A stretch of DNA of 64,000 nt. It comes from an uncultured Methanosarcinaceae archaeon (GTDB taxonomy: Archaea; Halobacteriota; Methanosarcinia; Methanosarcinales; Methanosarcinaceae). The DNA lies in contig CAVRJG010000056.1 of the NCBI GenBank assembly GCA_963721455.1, forward strand, positions 1-64,000, written 5' to 3'. The notes below the pieces were generated by a model that saw nothing but the letters and a program-made list of their open reading frames with translations, did no database searches and was not told the origin of the DNA. The stretch's first letter is position 1. The number at the start of each line of letters is the position of its first letter. Made by a program: the position numbers and the translations under genes. This document shows, piece after piece, positions 1 through 10,616 of the stretch.

Positions 1-77
1 TGCATCAAGTTCAAAGTTTCGATATGTGTGCGGCCAAACAGTGGATTCGTCTCCCCACATCCAATTGATGTGGATAT

Positions 78-3071
78 TTAGAACTCCTTTTGGCCCATCA
101 GCAAGTCGCGCAATTCTATAGCAACCGGCTGCTGTGGTAGAATTTGGTAGAGGCTCAGGAGAGAGCTCTAGCGCAGTGACGAAGTAGGTCTCAGGCTCGC
201 GGAAATCGGAGAATACTTGATCGCTCAGGCATGGTGGGAATGACTTGGTCGCCGTACCCTCCAGTAACACAGGAATGATCGTGTTTTTCTTTTTCTCTGG
301 CACCTCTCATTCGTGTGTTGATTTGTGCACATTCTGCAGCTACCACGGTTCCACTTTTCGGGTCTTCATTATCGTACTTCTTGCGGTAGGCTGCAGTTCC
401 CACTACAATAATGCGATCCACTTTCTCCAGCCTGTCAATAAAACGGCCAATACTGCTTCCAGGAGGGTTGTGCCACTTATCCAACATAACCCTGATGCCA
501 GCCTTCTGCAAATCTGTTGCCAGGCTACGTTCCACCCACAGCTCTTGCTTTGAATTGCCCCACGAATAACTGATGAAACATTCTGGCAAGATAATCTCTT
601 GATCTGTCACATATGATTTCAGGCGAAAGAGCACTTTTTCAAAGCGAGAACGCTGATCTGCTGCTCGACGGTTTGCTCTCACTTCCTCAACCTGTTTCTT
701 GGTAAGATAAATAGGCTGGTTAGCTTTTGGTAGTATGATCTTCTCACCACATCGATTGCAGAAAGCAAGTTCTTCACCACTGGACATAAGCTCGCGGATC
801 ACCGCTCGGTTGAGAGTGTGCTCCTTAGAGCATAAGACTGGTTCATAACGCTGTACCGTAAGATTACGACGGGCCAGAAAGCTCTCAAACAATCCCTGAA
901 ACAGCATCTTCACTGAAGTGGGAGTGTTCGTTCCGGAATACAATACAAAGTCCAGTTCCCCAGCACGCTCTTCTTCTAGGCGGAAGCCGCACACATGACC
1001 TGTTCCGACCTCATAGCGGGCATGGTTCTGCCACTGGTTTTTGCGAGTGAAGTTCTGCGTATAACCCATAAGAACTACCAGTGACGCGTATACGTTTTCT
1101 ATGGCACCGCTCACCGTGTAGGCTACACCATCTTCAGTGAGCATTTCATCTCTTATTAACGGTTTTTTCAAGTTGATGAGTTCAGGAAATACTAGGTAGG
1201 CACGATTATTCAGTGGATCAGTTTCGCGAAAGCAGATATTGTGTTCAAGGAATAAGACTGCGCCTGAATCCAGTAGGATGCCCTGCTCGGCCTCAGTGAG
1301 CTTCTTCAGCTCGGGAAACTTATATTCACCCAATAACAGTCGTTGCTCCTCAATTGAACCGAGTCCTTCCGGATTACTACGGGCCTTTAGCACAAAGGAG
1401 GCCGCTAGATTGTTAAGCAGCTCTGGTGCGAGCAAAATACGCGTCTCTCCCTGCGAGGTCTTCAGCCGCGTTACATATCCGTGATTCTCAAGATGTCCTA
1501 CTGCAGTTAGCATCTCGGCATCGCTGAATTTCCACTTACGATCCTTCTTTTCCAAACGTTGACGAAGTTCCTTCGGCGTCAGAATCATTTTCCTGACGGC
1601 GACTTTTTTCTTTCAAGTCAAGGACGAAATTCTTGATTCGCTTGAATGTCTCAGTGGTAACAGTTGCCGTTTTATCATCCCAAGGAATCATGTTCTGCAT
1701 ATTCTGGACTAATTCTTCAATTCCTTCTCCAGACTTTGCACTAGTGAGCAGATATGACCTGACTCCCCGGTTTTGCAAAAAGCATCCAACTCTTCCTTTG
1801 TTAGCCTTGGCGTGCCACGGTCTGAACGTGCAGCAACCAAAACTGTAGGTGTTCCGCTGGAAGGTTGGGCCTCAACCTTTAGTTGTTTCAACCAGAATTC
1901 AACTCCATTTAGAGGATCGTCGTTACGTGGTCGGATCGAAGAGCACGAGCGCCAGATCCGCATCATCAAGGAATAGTGCGTGGATGAGCCGGTAGTCAGG
2001 TTGCCCAGCAAGATCCCACAGCACTGCTTCACATTGCGCACCGTCGTGCCGTTGCTTGCAGAGCTGGTTCAGCAGCCAGAACTGTTGCCCATGCGTGGAA
2101 GAGTGCTCCTTGAACTCCCCGTGGGCCAATCGCCAACCCAATCCAGTCTTACCCACCCCAGAATCGCCCACTAGCAAGACTTTGGCGCTAGTATAAGTTA
2201 TCGTCGGCGTGATAGACTGATTGAGGAGTAGGGTAAGATCCAGTTCCCATATGTGAATGACCCGATCGCGTTCTTCTTCTGGCGTGTTGGGGTCTGAACT
2301 GACTGTAGCAAGAAGTGGGAGGTGTAGATTGAAGGCAAGACTGGGAGGCCAAAATATTGAAGCTGGTTCAGTGATAATTCCCAAGCACATACCTGTACTA
2401 CTGTTCCAGAGACGAATCGTGTCGTCGCTAGACTTAGAAGCCAATACCTCTGCGATAGGAAGGAAAGAAACCGATTGAGTGCAACCTGTGTGCGCTTCTA
2501 GGTTGCGAAGTAACTGTCCGCTAGCCGAATCCCACTGCTTGATTGTGTTATCCAGACTGGCAGTAGCAAGGGTGTGGCCTGTCGGATCAAAAACAACACT
2601 TGTAATGCAGTCTTTATGTCCTTTTAGAGTATGTAGCAACCGACCGTCAGTTGCATCCAGAGCTTAACTGCTCCGCTATAATCACCACTGGCCAAGGTTC
2701 GACCAGCCGGGGTCAAAGATGACACTTGTGACCAGGGTTTGATGCCCTCCCAGTGTGCGTAGCAGCTTGCCACTGATGGTCTCCCACAGCTGGATCGTTT
2801 CATCATAACTTGCACTGGCTAAGATATGACCTGTCGGGTCAAAGGCGGCGCTTTCTACCGAGTCTTGATGCCCTTTCAGGGTGGGTAGGCTTACCACTGA
2901 CGACATCCCATAGCTTGATTTTATCATCCTGACCTCCGCTGGCCAGGACACATCCAGTTGGATCAAAGGTGACGCTATTGACGACGCTGTTGTGCCCTTT
3001 TAGCGTGTGCAGACACTTCCCAGTCTTAGTATCCCACAATTTGATCGTCTGATCCTCTGACGGTGAAGCTA
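78..3071 (-). pseudogene. WD40-repeat / ROC GTPase / COR / Zn-ribbon / TIR protein (ROCO-TIR), multiply frameshifted and 5'-truncated by IS630
   Basis: Consecutive minus-strand ORF fragments give WD40 repeats (LKGHNSVVNSVTFDPTG..LASGGQDDKIKLWD). ROC motifs follow: GDSGVGKT, WDLAGQPDY, ARSD, TSAK. Then a COR-like region, CxxxH..CxxC, and a TIR domain (CFISYSW..LDKW..IIVVGT..E). Joining frames continues IIPVLLEG..SDFR to TAA at 78-80. Confidence 0.85.
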
Positions 3072-4146
3072 TAGTCACCATTTTAAATAATGCGACATTT
3101 TGTGTGTAAATATATGTCTCTCCCAAAACTCATCCAGTTCTTTTTTCAATACTTTAATATTTTTGAATGATTTTATTGATGTTAACTCTTCTCTTGTCGT
3201 TTTCCAACAATATTCTGTTGGGTTCTTATCTGGAATAGCTGGAGGGAAAAATAGTATTTGCAACCAATGTTTATTATTTTGATAAAATTCCTTTACCTTT
3301 GAGGATCTATGCCATGTAGCCCTGTCCAGTAGAAGAAATATCCTTGTCCCTATATCTCTTTGAAACTTGATTAATGATTTTAAATAAGAGTCTGTATTCT
3401 GTGTACTTCCTAAATCGTACCAATAAAACTCTCCATTTTCAGTGTAGAATCCCCCAATATTGATTTTGGCTTTTGAACCACCTGTAAATTTAATAGGCTT
3501 TGAGCCTTTGATTGCCCAACATCTTGATCTATTTGAATCCACACAAAAACTGCTCTCATCGTGAGTGACGAATAAATGGTTAGGGTTTAGTAATCTTTTT
3601 TTGAACTTCGGCTATAAATTCGTTTGTGAATGCCTCATTCCGTTTTTTTGATCTAGGTCTACATGTAATTTTACTTAACCCTAAATTTTTAATAATTTGT
3701 CTCATTCTTGATTTGGAATAAGATATTCCGAATTTCTCTCTGACATATTGAACTGCATCCTTTGTTTGCCAACCGCGATAATAGCCGTCATCTGTTGGTA
3801 TTGGCTCTGAAAATGCTTTGCTTAACTCAGATACTTGTTCTGCTGTTAAAAAAGACTTTACTCCTCGACCAGGTTTACATTTAAGACTAGACAAACCTTC
3901 TTTTTCAGCTCGTTTTACCCATCGGTGAACCGTTGAACGGTGGACTGAAAATTCTTCTGCAATTTTAGCCGGACTCAAACCATTTTTAACCAATAATAGG
4001 GCTTGAAGTCTAATCTGCTCATTTTTGTTGCAGGAACGACATATAGCCGTGGCAATATCAGAAGTAGTAAACATTTCCAAACTCATAACTAAATTAATAT
4101 ACTTATTATAAATATATAAATGTTGCATTATATGGGGAGGTGACTA
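3072..4146 (-). mobile_element. IS630-family insertion sequence
   Basis: Imperfect terminal inverted repeats TAGTCACC..ATAATGC(G/A)ACA at both ends, TA on each side (3070-71, 4147-48), and a two-ORF transposase. Confidence 0.92.
3075..4128 (-). CDS. IS630 transposase, split into HTH ORF (3580-4128) and DDE ORF (3075-~3600) at an A7 run
   Basis: N-terminal HTH (SVHRSTVHRWVKR) and winged HTH. The second frame has HDES, LLDRATWH and NPTEYCW (DDE triad). Frames switch at CAAAAAAAG (3595-3603). Confidence 0.88.
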
Positions 4147-4147
4147 T

Positions 4148-5920
4148 ATATTTAGTCCCTTCATCACTTCTGCCGGACACAAACAAATCAGGGAATTTCT
4201 AGAGCAATTCAGCGATGAGATTATCGGAAGACTACAATTAAAGGGAAAAGTTAAACACAAATATGTCGACTATCAATGTGGGATATGGCTAGCGATTTTT
4301 AACAGCACACACAAATCACCAATGTCTACAGCAATACAGCTTTTTTTCTATTTTAAAGATGGAAAGATTAGTTACGGTGTTTATCGTTACCCGAATAATT
4401 ATTTAAAAGGACCAATAGAAAGAGACTCCGACACCTTTGATTTTGAATCATCAATTTCTCTTTTTGAAGAAAATAAAGGACTGATCTTGAGAGACGACCC
4501 TGACACAGAAGATATATTAACTGCGCCGCCAGCAGGTGAAAATAAACCAGAGATATTAACTATTCCAGCAGGTAATAAACTGTATAAAATATCGCATGGG
4601 GACTTTAAAGCTAAAAAGCATGCAAATATTCTTAATACGTTTAAACAAAATCACTGGGTTGGCCTTCACGAAAAGACCGGAAAATTGCAGGGTGAGCGAT
4701 TTAAAAACAACCTGCGGCTGGGTGACTACTTATATATCACTGTAGGTGCTGATGAACTTTTTGCGATAGCTAAAATCAAATCCGATTCATGGAAATATGT
4801 TCCAGAGGGTATTGTATTTGAGAGTGGTTGGATCTACCGAGAAGTAGAATACGTTAAATATGCAATAAAGACAGACCCTTATGAGTTAAAAGAGCATAAA
4901 AAGCATTTCTATCCCAGCGCAAACAGTACTTTATCTGAGATTACCCCTAAAAACCTCAAAGAAGCAAATGAGAATCTTTTCAAGCCTTATTTTGGAGTTG
5001 AGTTCGTTTTAGATGGAGGAAACACACCGAAAGTTCTGGAAAAGTCTCCCTGTAACATTATATTATATGGGCCGCCTGGTACTGGGAAGACGTACAATAC
5101 AATTGATTTAGCAGTTAAAATTATCACTGGAAAGAGTACGAGTCATGAAGAAGATAAAAAAGTGTTTGATGATTTAAGAAAAGAAGGACAGATTGAGTTT
5201 ATTACTTTTCATCAGAACTACAGCTATGAAGACTTCATGATTGGCATTAGGCCTGACCTGGGTGAAGCTTCAACCTTGAAATTCAGGCGCACAGAAGGCA
5301 TATTCCACAAGATGTGCAAAAAAGCAGAGCAGAATTTTCTGCAATCACAGAATCAAACAGAAGTTCCCTTGAAGAGATATGTGCTCATCATTGACGAAAT
5401 CAATAGAGCCAATATATCAAAAGTATTTGGTGAACTCATTACGCTGTTGGAAGAAGATAAACGTCTGGGAGCTAAAAACGAGCTTAGAGTCAGTATTCCC
5501 GGTGAAGAAACAGATTTTGGAATCCCGCCCAATGTTTATGTCATCGGAACCATGAATACTGCCGACAAATCGATAGCAATGATTGATATCGCATTGAGAA
5601 GGCGCTTTGAATTTAGTGGTTACTTCCCTGATTATAGCAAGGTAGACGAACTCAGCGGAGATATTCTGAAGCATATAAATAAACAAATCTACGAGCGTAA
5701 AAAGTCTGCTGATTACTTAATTGGTCACGGGTATTTCATGAACGGTGGCGAACCTCCGGAAACTTTGGAAGTGCTTCAAAACAAAGTTATACCCTTGTTA
5801 ATGGAGTATTTTTCTGGCAAGACCGATGTTGTCGAAGAAATCTTCAAAGGAAGTGAATGGTCAGTAAAATACGATACTGAGAAATATGGCTGGGAAATCG
5901 AACAGCAAATAACACAGTAA
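4148..5920 (+). CDS. mcrB: McrB-family AAA+ GTPase, 5'-truncated (first ATG at 4322)
   Basis: GPPGTGKT, FITFHQNYSYEDF, LIIDEINRAN, GTMNTADKS, ALRRRF. The frame is open from the IS630 end at 4148. Confidence 0.9.
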   Translation: MFSPFITSAGHKQIREFLEQFSDEIIGRLQLKGKVKHKYVDYQCGIWLAIFNSTHKSPMSTAIQLFFYFKDGKISYGVYRYPNNYLKGPIERDSDTFDFESSISLFEENKGLILRDDPDTEDILTAPPAGENKPEILTIPAGNKLYKISHGDFKAKKHANILNTFKQNHWVGLHEKTGKLQGERFKNNLRLGDYLYITVGADELFAIAKIKSDSWKYVPEGIVFESGWIYREVEYVKYAIKTDPYELKEHKKHFYPSANSTLSEITPKNLKEANENLFKPYFGVEFVLDGGNTPKVLEKSPCNIILYGPPGTGKTYNTIDLAVKIITGKSTSHEEDKKVFDDLRKEGQIEFITFHQNYSYEDFMIGIRPDLGEASTLKFRRTEGIFHKMCKKAEQNFLQSQNQTEVPLKRYVLIIDEINRANISKVFGELITLLEEDKRLGAKNELRVSIPGEETDFGIPPNVYVIGTMNTADKSIAMIDIALRRRFEFSGYFPDYSKVDELSGDILKHINKQIYERKKSADYLIGHGYFMNGGEPPETLEVLQNKVIPLLMEYFSGKTDVVEEIFKGSEWSVKYDTEKYGWEIEQQITQ

Positions 5921-5922
5921 TC

Positions 5923-7271
5923 ATGAATACCATATTCGAATATGGCGAGCAATTTACGGTTGATGACCGTAAAGGTCTTGAATCGTATTTACTCTCTTTA
6001 TGGAAAGAACATAAAGAAATTTGGCCAGCCAAGCGTGAAAATGGAAGTCCTGATCCCGATCCTGATTTAGGTTCAGATTCCGATTCAGATTCAAAATATC
6101 AGCCTTTCCTGAGTTTTGACGGGAAAATAGCCAGAGCAAGGAATTACATCGGGTTCATTCATTTTGAAAACTCTAATATGGAAATATACCCCAAGGTTTT
6201 TCAAAAACTTTTCGAAATGAACTTGAAATAAGCAAAGAGCTAATGCATCGCCATTTGTTTTACTGGTTCAGTTATTGCAAAAGAGTAAAGTTCCCATTTA
6301 ACCAGGCATTTCTTGATAAGCTTGAACTAGAATTACCGGAACTGATCATGTATTTATTCGCAAGACAGATACATGAAGTCATCAGTACTCGGCCTTTTTC
6401 TGCTTATGAAGAAGTACAGGAAGCTCTGTTTACACCCAGAGGGAGAATTAATTTTGACCGTTATGCAACCAGAATGTCTTACGGCAGTTATCACTTAATT
6501 GATTGTGACTATGAGCCATTCATATTTGATAATTCTTTGAATCGTATAATCAAATATTGTACCCGGTTACTGCTCTCTAAAACCGGGATCATTGAAACAC
6601 AAAGGACATTGAATGAAATCATATTCATGCTGGAGGATGTGGATGACCAGGTGTGTTTTACTCAACAGCTCCAGACCCTCCGAATACCTTCAATATATAG
6701 CGATTACGAAGAAGTAATCCAGATATGTCGCATGATATTGGAAAATCAGGTTTATTCTCACGCAGAGTATGAAATGAAAAACTGGAGCTTATTATTCCCG
6801 ATGGAATACATTTTTGAAGATTTTATAGCCGGCTATATTCAAAAACACTTTAGTGATATATTCAAGGTAGAAACGCAGAAATCAGATCTTTACCTGCATA
6901 CTAATCCCAACACGTTTAATCTTCAACATGATATCTTGCTCACAAACAAGAAAACTGGGGAGCAGATAATTGTTGACACTAAGTATAAACCCAGATGGAA
7001 CCTGGAAAAGAGCGATTCAAAGAAGGGAATAGCTCAATCCGATATGTATCAAATGATCAGCTATGCCTACAGGCGACGAACAGATAAAGTACTGCTTATC
7101 TATCCAAATACTTCTGATAAATTGGCAGATGATTCTATGTTCTTGATAAATAAAGGTACTAAGGATGAAACTATCAAAATCAAAGCCATAGATGTACCTT
7201 TTTGGTCACTTTACGGCCACTCATATGTCGAAGAAAATCTAAAAGTCAAGTTAAGAGATATTCTTTGGTGA
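5923..7271 (+). CDS. mcrC: McrC-family PD-(D/E)xK nuclease, one frameshift near 6200-6212
   Basis: Directly follows mcrB. Motifs RNYIGFI..IYPK, LFPMEYIFEDF, D..IIVDTKYK, DMYQMISYA, LLIYP. The two ORFs join across a T5/A5/T4 homopolymer stretch. Confidence 0.88.
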
Positions 7272-7324
7272 TTTCTGAACTGTGATTTGTAAATGTGATT
7301 ACTTCTATTGCCGATGAGAAAACT

Positions 7325-7432
7325 TAGGGTGCAATTGAGGGTGCAATTGAGGGTGTAATTGAGGGTGCAATTGAGGGTGCAATTGAGGGTGTAATTGAGG
7401 GTGCAATTGAGGGTGCAATTGAAGGAGCAAGT
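7325..7432 (+). repeat. 12-bp tandem repeat GAGGGTG(C/T)AATT x8 plus one degenerate copy
   Basis: Directly visible. C,C,T variants give a 36-bp higher-order period. One frame reads EGAI/EGVI. Confidence 0.95.
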
Positions 7433-7480
7433 GAGAGAGCAAAAATGCAAACTACAGAATCAAAGGATATCACCGGCTGG

Positions 7481-7570
7481 TTAAATGATACCTTAAATGA
7501 TACTGTAAAATTACTCCCCAAGCTACCCCCAAGCTACCGCGCAAGTTACCGCGCAAGTTACCCTGTAAGC
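7481..7570 (+). repeat. Two further ~12-bp tandem repeats: TTAAATGATAC(C/T) x2 and TACCGCGCAAGT-like x5
   Basis: Directly visible; they translate as LNDT and TPQA/TAQV. Confidence 0.85.
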
Positions 7571-7649
7571 TGGCAATAGGCGTTGAAAATCAATTTTCGT
7601 AAGGAAACAAAAACCAAAAATATTATTCTCAAACCCAAGGATTCAAACC

Positions 7650-9146
7650 ATGTCTGAAAATACCTCATCCATCGTTTCCAAAGTCTGGAGCTTCTGCAAC
7701 GTCCTGAGGGACGGGGGCGTGAGCTATGGCGATTATCTGGAACAGTTGACTTATCTCATATTCCTGAAAATGGCTGAAGAGTACAGGAAGCCGCCGTACA
7801 ATAGGGATGTTGGTATCCCGGAGGAATATACCTGGGATAGATTGAAACAGCAGCGAGGGGCGGAACTCGATATCCACTACAAGAAGCTGCTGGAAGAGCT
7901 TGGGAAAAAGCCGGGGATGCTCGGGCAGATCTTCCTCAAAGCCCAGAACAAGGTCAGTGATCCGGCCATGCTGTACAAGGTCATTGATATGATCGACAAG
8001 GAAAGCTGGGTCATGATGGGTGTGGATACAAAGGGAGAGATCTACGAAGGGCTCCTGCAGAAGAATGCCGAGGACACAAAAAGCGGAGCAGGCCAGTACT
8101 TCACCCCCAGGCCGCTCATCAGGGCAATGGTTCAGTGCCTCCAGCCCGAACCCATGAAAACGATAGGAGATCCCTGCTGTGGCACAGGCGGGTTTTTTTT
8201 AGCAGCCTATGACTTCCTTACATCACACCACCGGCTGGACCGGGAGCAGAGCCGCTTCCTGAAAAACAAAACCTTTGGCGGGAACGAAATCGTTGCAGGA
8301 ACCAGACGGCTTGCCCTGATGAACATGTTCCTGCACAACATCGGGGAAATAGACGGAGAGCCCATGATATCAAATTCCGATGCTCTCATAGCCGATCCGG
8401 GTTACCGTTACGATTACATCCTCACCAACCCGCCTTTCGGAAAAAAGAGCAGCATGACCTTCACCAACGAAGAAGGCGAGCAGGAAAAAGAAGATCTCAC
8501 TTACAACCGTCAGGACTTCTGGACAACCACAAGCAACAAGCAACTAAACTTTGTGCAGCACATCCATACAATCCTCAAAACCGGCGGGCAGGCAGCAGCA
8601 GTATTGCCTGACAATTTCCTGTTTGAAGGCGGAGCAGGAGAGACCATTCGCAAAAAACTTCTTGAAGCCACAGACCTGCAAACAATACTGCGCCTGCCGA
8701 CAGGTATCTTTTATGCAAATGGCGTAAAGGCAAACGTGCTCTTCTTTGAAGCTAAACCCGCAGCCAAAGAACCCTGGACCAGAGAAGTGTGGATCTACGA
8801 CTACCGCACCAATGTCCATCACACATTGAAAAAGAACCCGATGAAGTTTTCAGATCTTGAAGAATTCATTAAATGCTACAACCCCGATAATCGAATCAGC
8901 CGTAAAGAGGCATGGAGTGAAGAATCTCCCGAAGGCAGATTCAGGAAATTCAGCTATGATGAAATTATAGCAAGGGACAAAACGAATCTGGATGTATTCT
9001 GGCTCAAAGACAAAAGCCTTGCTGATCTGGACAACCTTCCGGACCCTGATATTCTTGCAAATGAGATAATTGAGAATATGGAAGCTTCACTGGCAAGTTT
9101 CAAGGAAATTATGGTCACAATTAATGGAGAAAATGAGGAGAATTAA
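7650..9146 (+). CDS. hsdM: Type I restriction-modification methyltransferase subunit M
   Basis: DYLEQLTYLIFLKM, GQYFTPR, DPCCGTGGF, NPPF motifs. Confidence 0.95.
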   Translation: MSENTSSIVSKVWSFCNVLRDGGVSYGDYLEQLTYLIFLKMAEEYRKPPYNRDVGIPEEYTWDRLKQQRGAELDIHYKKLLEELGKKPGMLGQIFLKAQNKVSDPAMLYKVIDMIDKESWVMMGVDTKGEIYEGLLQKNAEDTKSGAGQYFTPRPLIRAMVQCLQPEPMKTIGDPCCGTGGFFLAAYDFLTSHHRLDREQSRFLKNKTFGGNEIVAGTRRLALMNMFLHNIGEIDGEPMISNSDALIADPGYRYDYILTNPPFGKKSSMTFTNEEGEQEKEDLTYNRQDFWTTTSNKQLNFVQHIHTILKTGGQAAAVLPDNFLFEGGAGETIRKKLLEATDLQTILRLPTGIFYANGVKANVLFFEAKPAAKEPWTREVWIYDYRTNVHHTLKKNPMKFSDLEEFIKCYNPDNRISRKEAWSEESPEGRFRKFSYDEIIARDKTNLDVFWLKDKSLADLDNLPDPDILANEIIENMEASLASFKEIMVTINGENEEN

Positions 9147-9269
9147 AAAATAAATTCCACATATGTCTACAGATTAAAGAATATTCTTGATATTCTTTTT
9201 ATCATCGCCAAATCCAAAAATTCAGATGTTTTTCAATAAAAGTTTTTCAATAAAATATTGTGGTGGATA

Positions 9270-9541
9270 TCCACCACTCACCTTACTGTGACATATGCCG
9301 CCTTGGTTCTGGTTGTCGCTCCTGCTTCGTTCATGAATGTCAGGTTAATGGTGTTTTTCTGGCATCCTGAATGTGTGCACTGCAGTTACTGCGTGGTGTG
9401 AATTCCAATCAATGCTGGTAATGGTTCAAACAAACAGTAGTAGTCTGTTGGATTGACAGTTGTCGTACTCGTAAACTGAACTTTAAGAGGAGCTACACCA
9501 GATCTTACATTAGCATCGGAAGTTACGGTCGGTTTTTCGGG
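9270..9541 (-). pseudogene. Degenerate PKD domain, in frame after the stop of the surface-protein gene
   Basis: After TAA the frame reads PEKPTVTSDANVRSGVAPLKVQFTSTTT, followed by decayed PKD-like sequence. Confidence 0.65.
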
Positions 9542-10531
9542 TTAGTCTGCAAGGTTGCATAAATAGATATCATTGCCACCCGCGCCATCAACATAGTTCT
9601 TGTCTATTCCCCATACAACAGTGTTATCGTATACTTCTGGTGTCGTATAAACATCTTTAGGATATTTATATATTAGTGTGCTTTGTCCTGTAGATATGTT
9701 ATACACGTATACTCCAGGTTTGCCTTCATAATCATCAACACATTTATTATATACAATTTTATCATTTTGTATGGCAATATGTGTCCCTGTACTGGCGCCG
9801 TATTCTTTTCCATTTGGATCAGTGTCAAGTTGATGTGTGACGTCTATGATTTTCTTTGTTGACGTATCATACATCGCAATATATCCCTGATGATTATATA
9901 CGTCAGACCAGATGACTTTAGTGTCCCATATATGCGGTATGTTTGGATCTCCATATGAATTGACAGTTACTTTTTCCTTCGTATTGATGTCATACATTCT
10001 GATAGTTATATCCATTTCTGGATCTTCTGAATTAGAGTAATACACCACTTTTGTGTCATATATGTCGGGATTACTACCGTTTCCGATTTTAGTCTGTGTG
10101 GATGTAGACATGTCCCTCAGATACACACTATCATTTGCACTCCAGACGATTTTGTTGTCGTAAATAGCAGGTTTGCTATATTGGTCTACATTCTGCGTGA
10201 TGTAACTTTTTGTGGCTGTTGGTATATCGTACACCGCTAGCCTTGGTGTTCCACTGCTTTCATCATGCCACACTAACTTGTTGTCGTAAATATCTGGACT
10301 GGATGCTCCAGAAGAGCTAACCGTAGTGTCTGTTCTGTCGGTAAGGTTGTATAGATGAATTACAACTCCATTTGTCCATACTACATTGTTACCATAAACA
10401 GCAGGATCATATCCTGTGCCAATTTTCGTAACTGGAACCGCTGAAGTTGCGGCTGAGATTAAAATCAAAAAAACAAAACCCAGGAATGCTGAAGCTAAAG
10501 CTATTGAACATAGCTTCCCCTTATTTTTCAT
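9542..10531 (-). CDS. Methanosarcina-type cell-surface beta-propeller (TolB-like repeat) protein
   Basis: Signal peptide plus repeated P(A/D)IYDNKIVW units. Confidence 0.85.
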   Translation of the reverse strand: MKNKGKLCSIALASAFLGFVFLILISAATSAVPVTKIGTGYDPAVYGNNVVWTNGVVIHLYNLTDRTDTTVSSSGASSPDIYDNKLVWHDESSGTPRLAVYDIPTATKSYITQNVDQYSKPAIYDNKIVWSANDSVYLRDMSTSTQTKIGNGSNPDIYDTKVVYYSNSEDPEMDITIRMYDINTKEKVTVNSYGDPNIPHIWDTKVIWSDVYNHQGYIAMYDTSTKKIIDVTHQLDTDPNGKEYGASTGTHIAIQNDKIVYNKCVDDYEGKPGVYVYNISTGQSTLIYKYPKDVYTTPEVYDNTVVWGIDKNYVDGAGGNDIYLCNLAD

Positions 10532-10616
10532 TTATTTTCCCCCAAGTATCTTTATTTTTCAAAGTTAACGTACAGTTTATAGTTCGGATATTTTTCAGAT
10601 TCTGTAATAATATCTA

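Noticed and set aside
2839-3126. ORF 2839-3126 as the true WD40 gene start
   Set aside because: Its first ~18 codons lie inside the IS630 end, so it is a junction artefact.
7325-7432. CRISPR array, or real ORFs 7211-7450 and 7324-7521 (LNCT/SIAP repeats)
   Set aside because: There are no spacers, and the ORFs are by-products of a stop-free tandem repeat.
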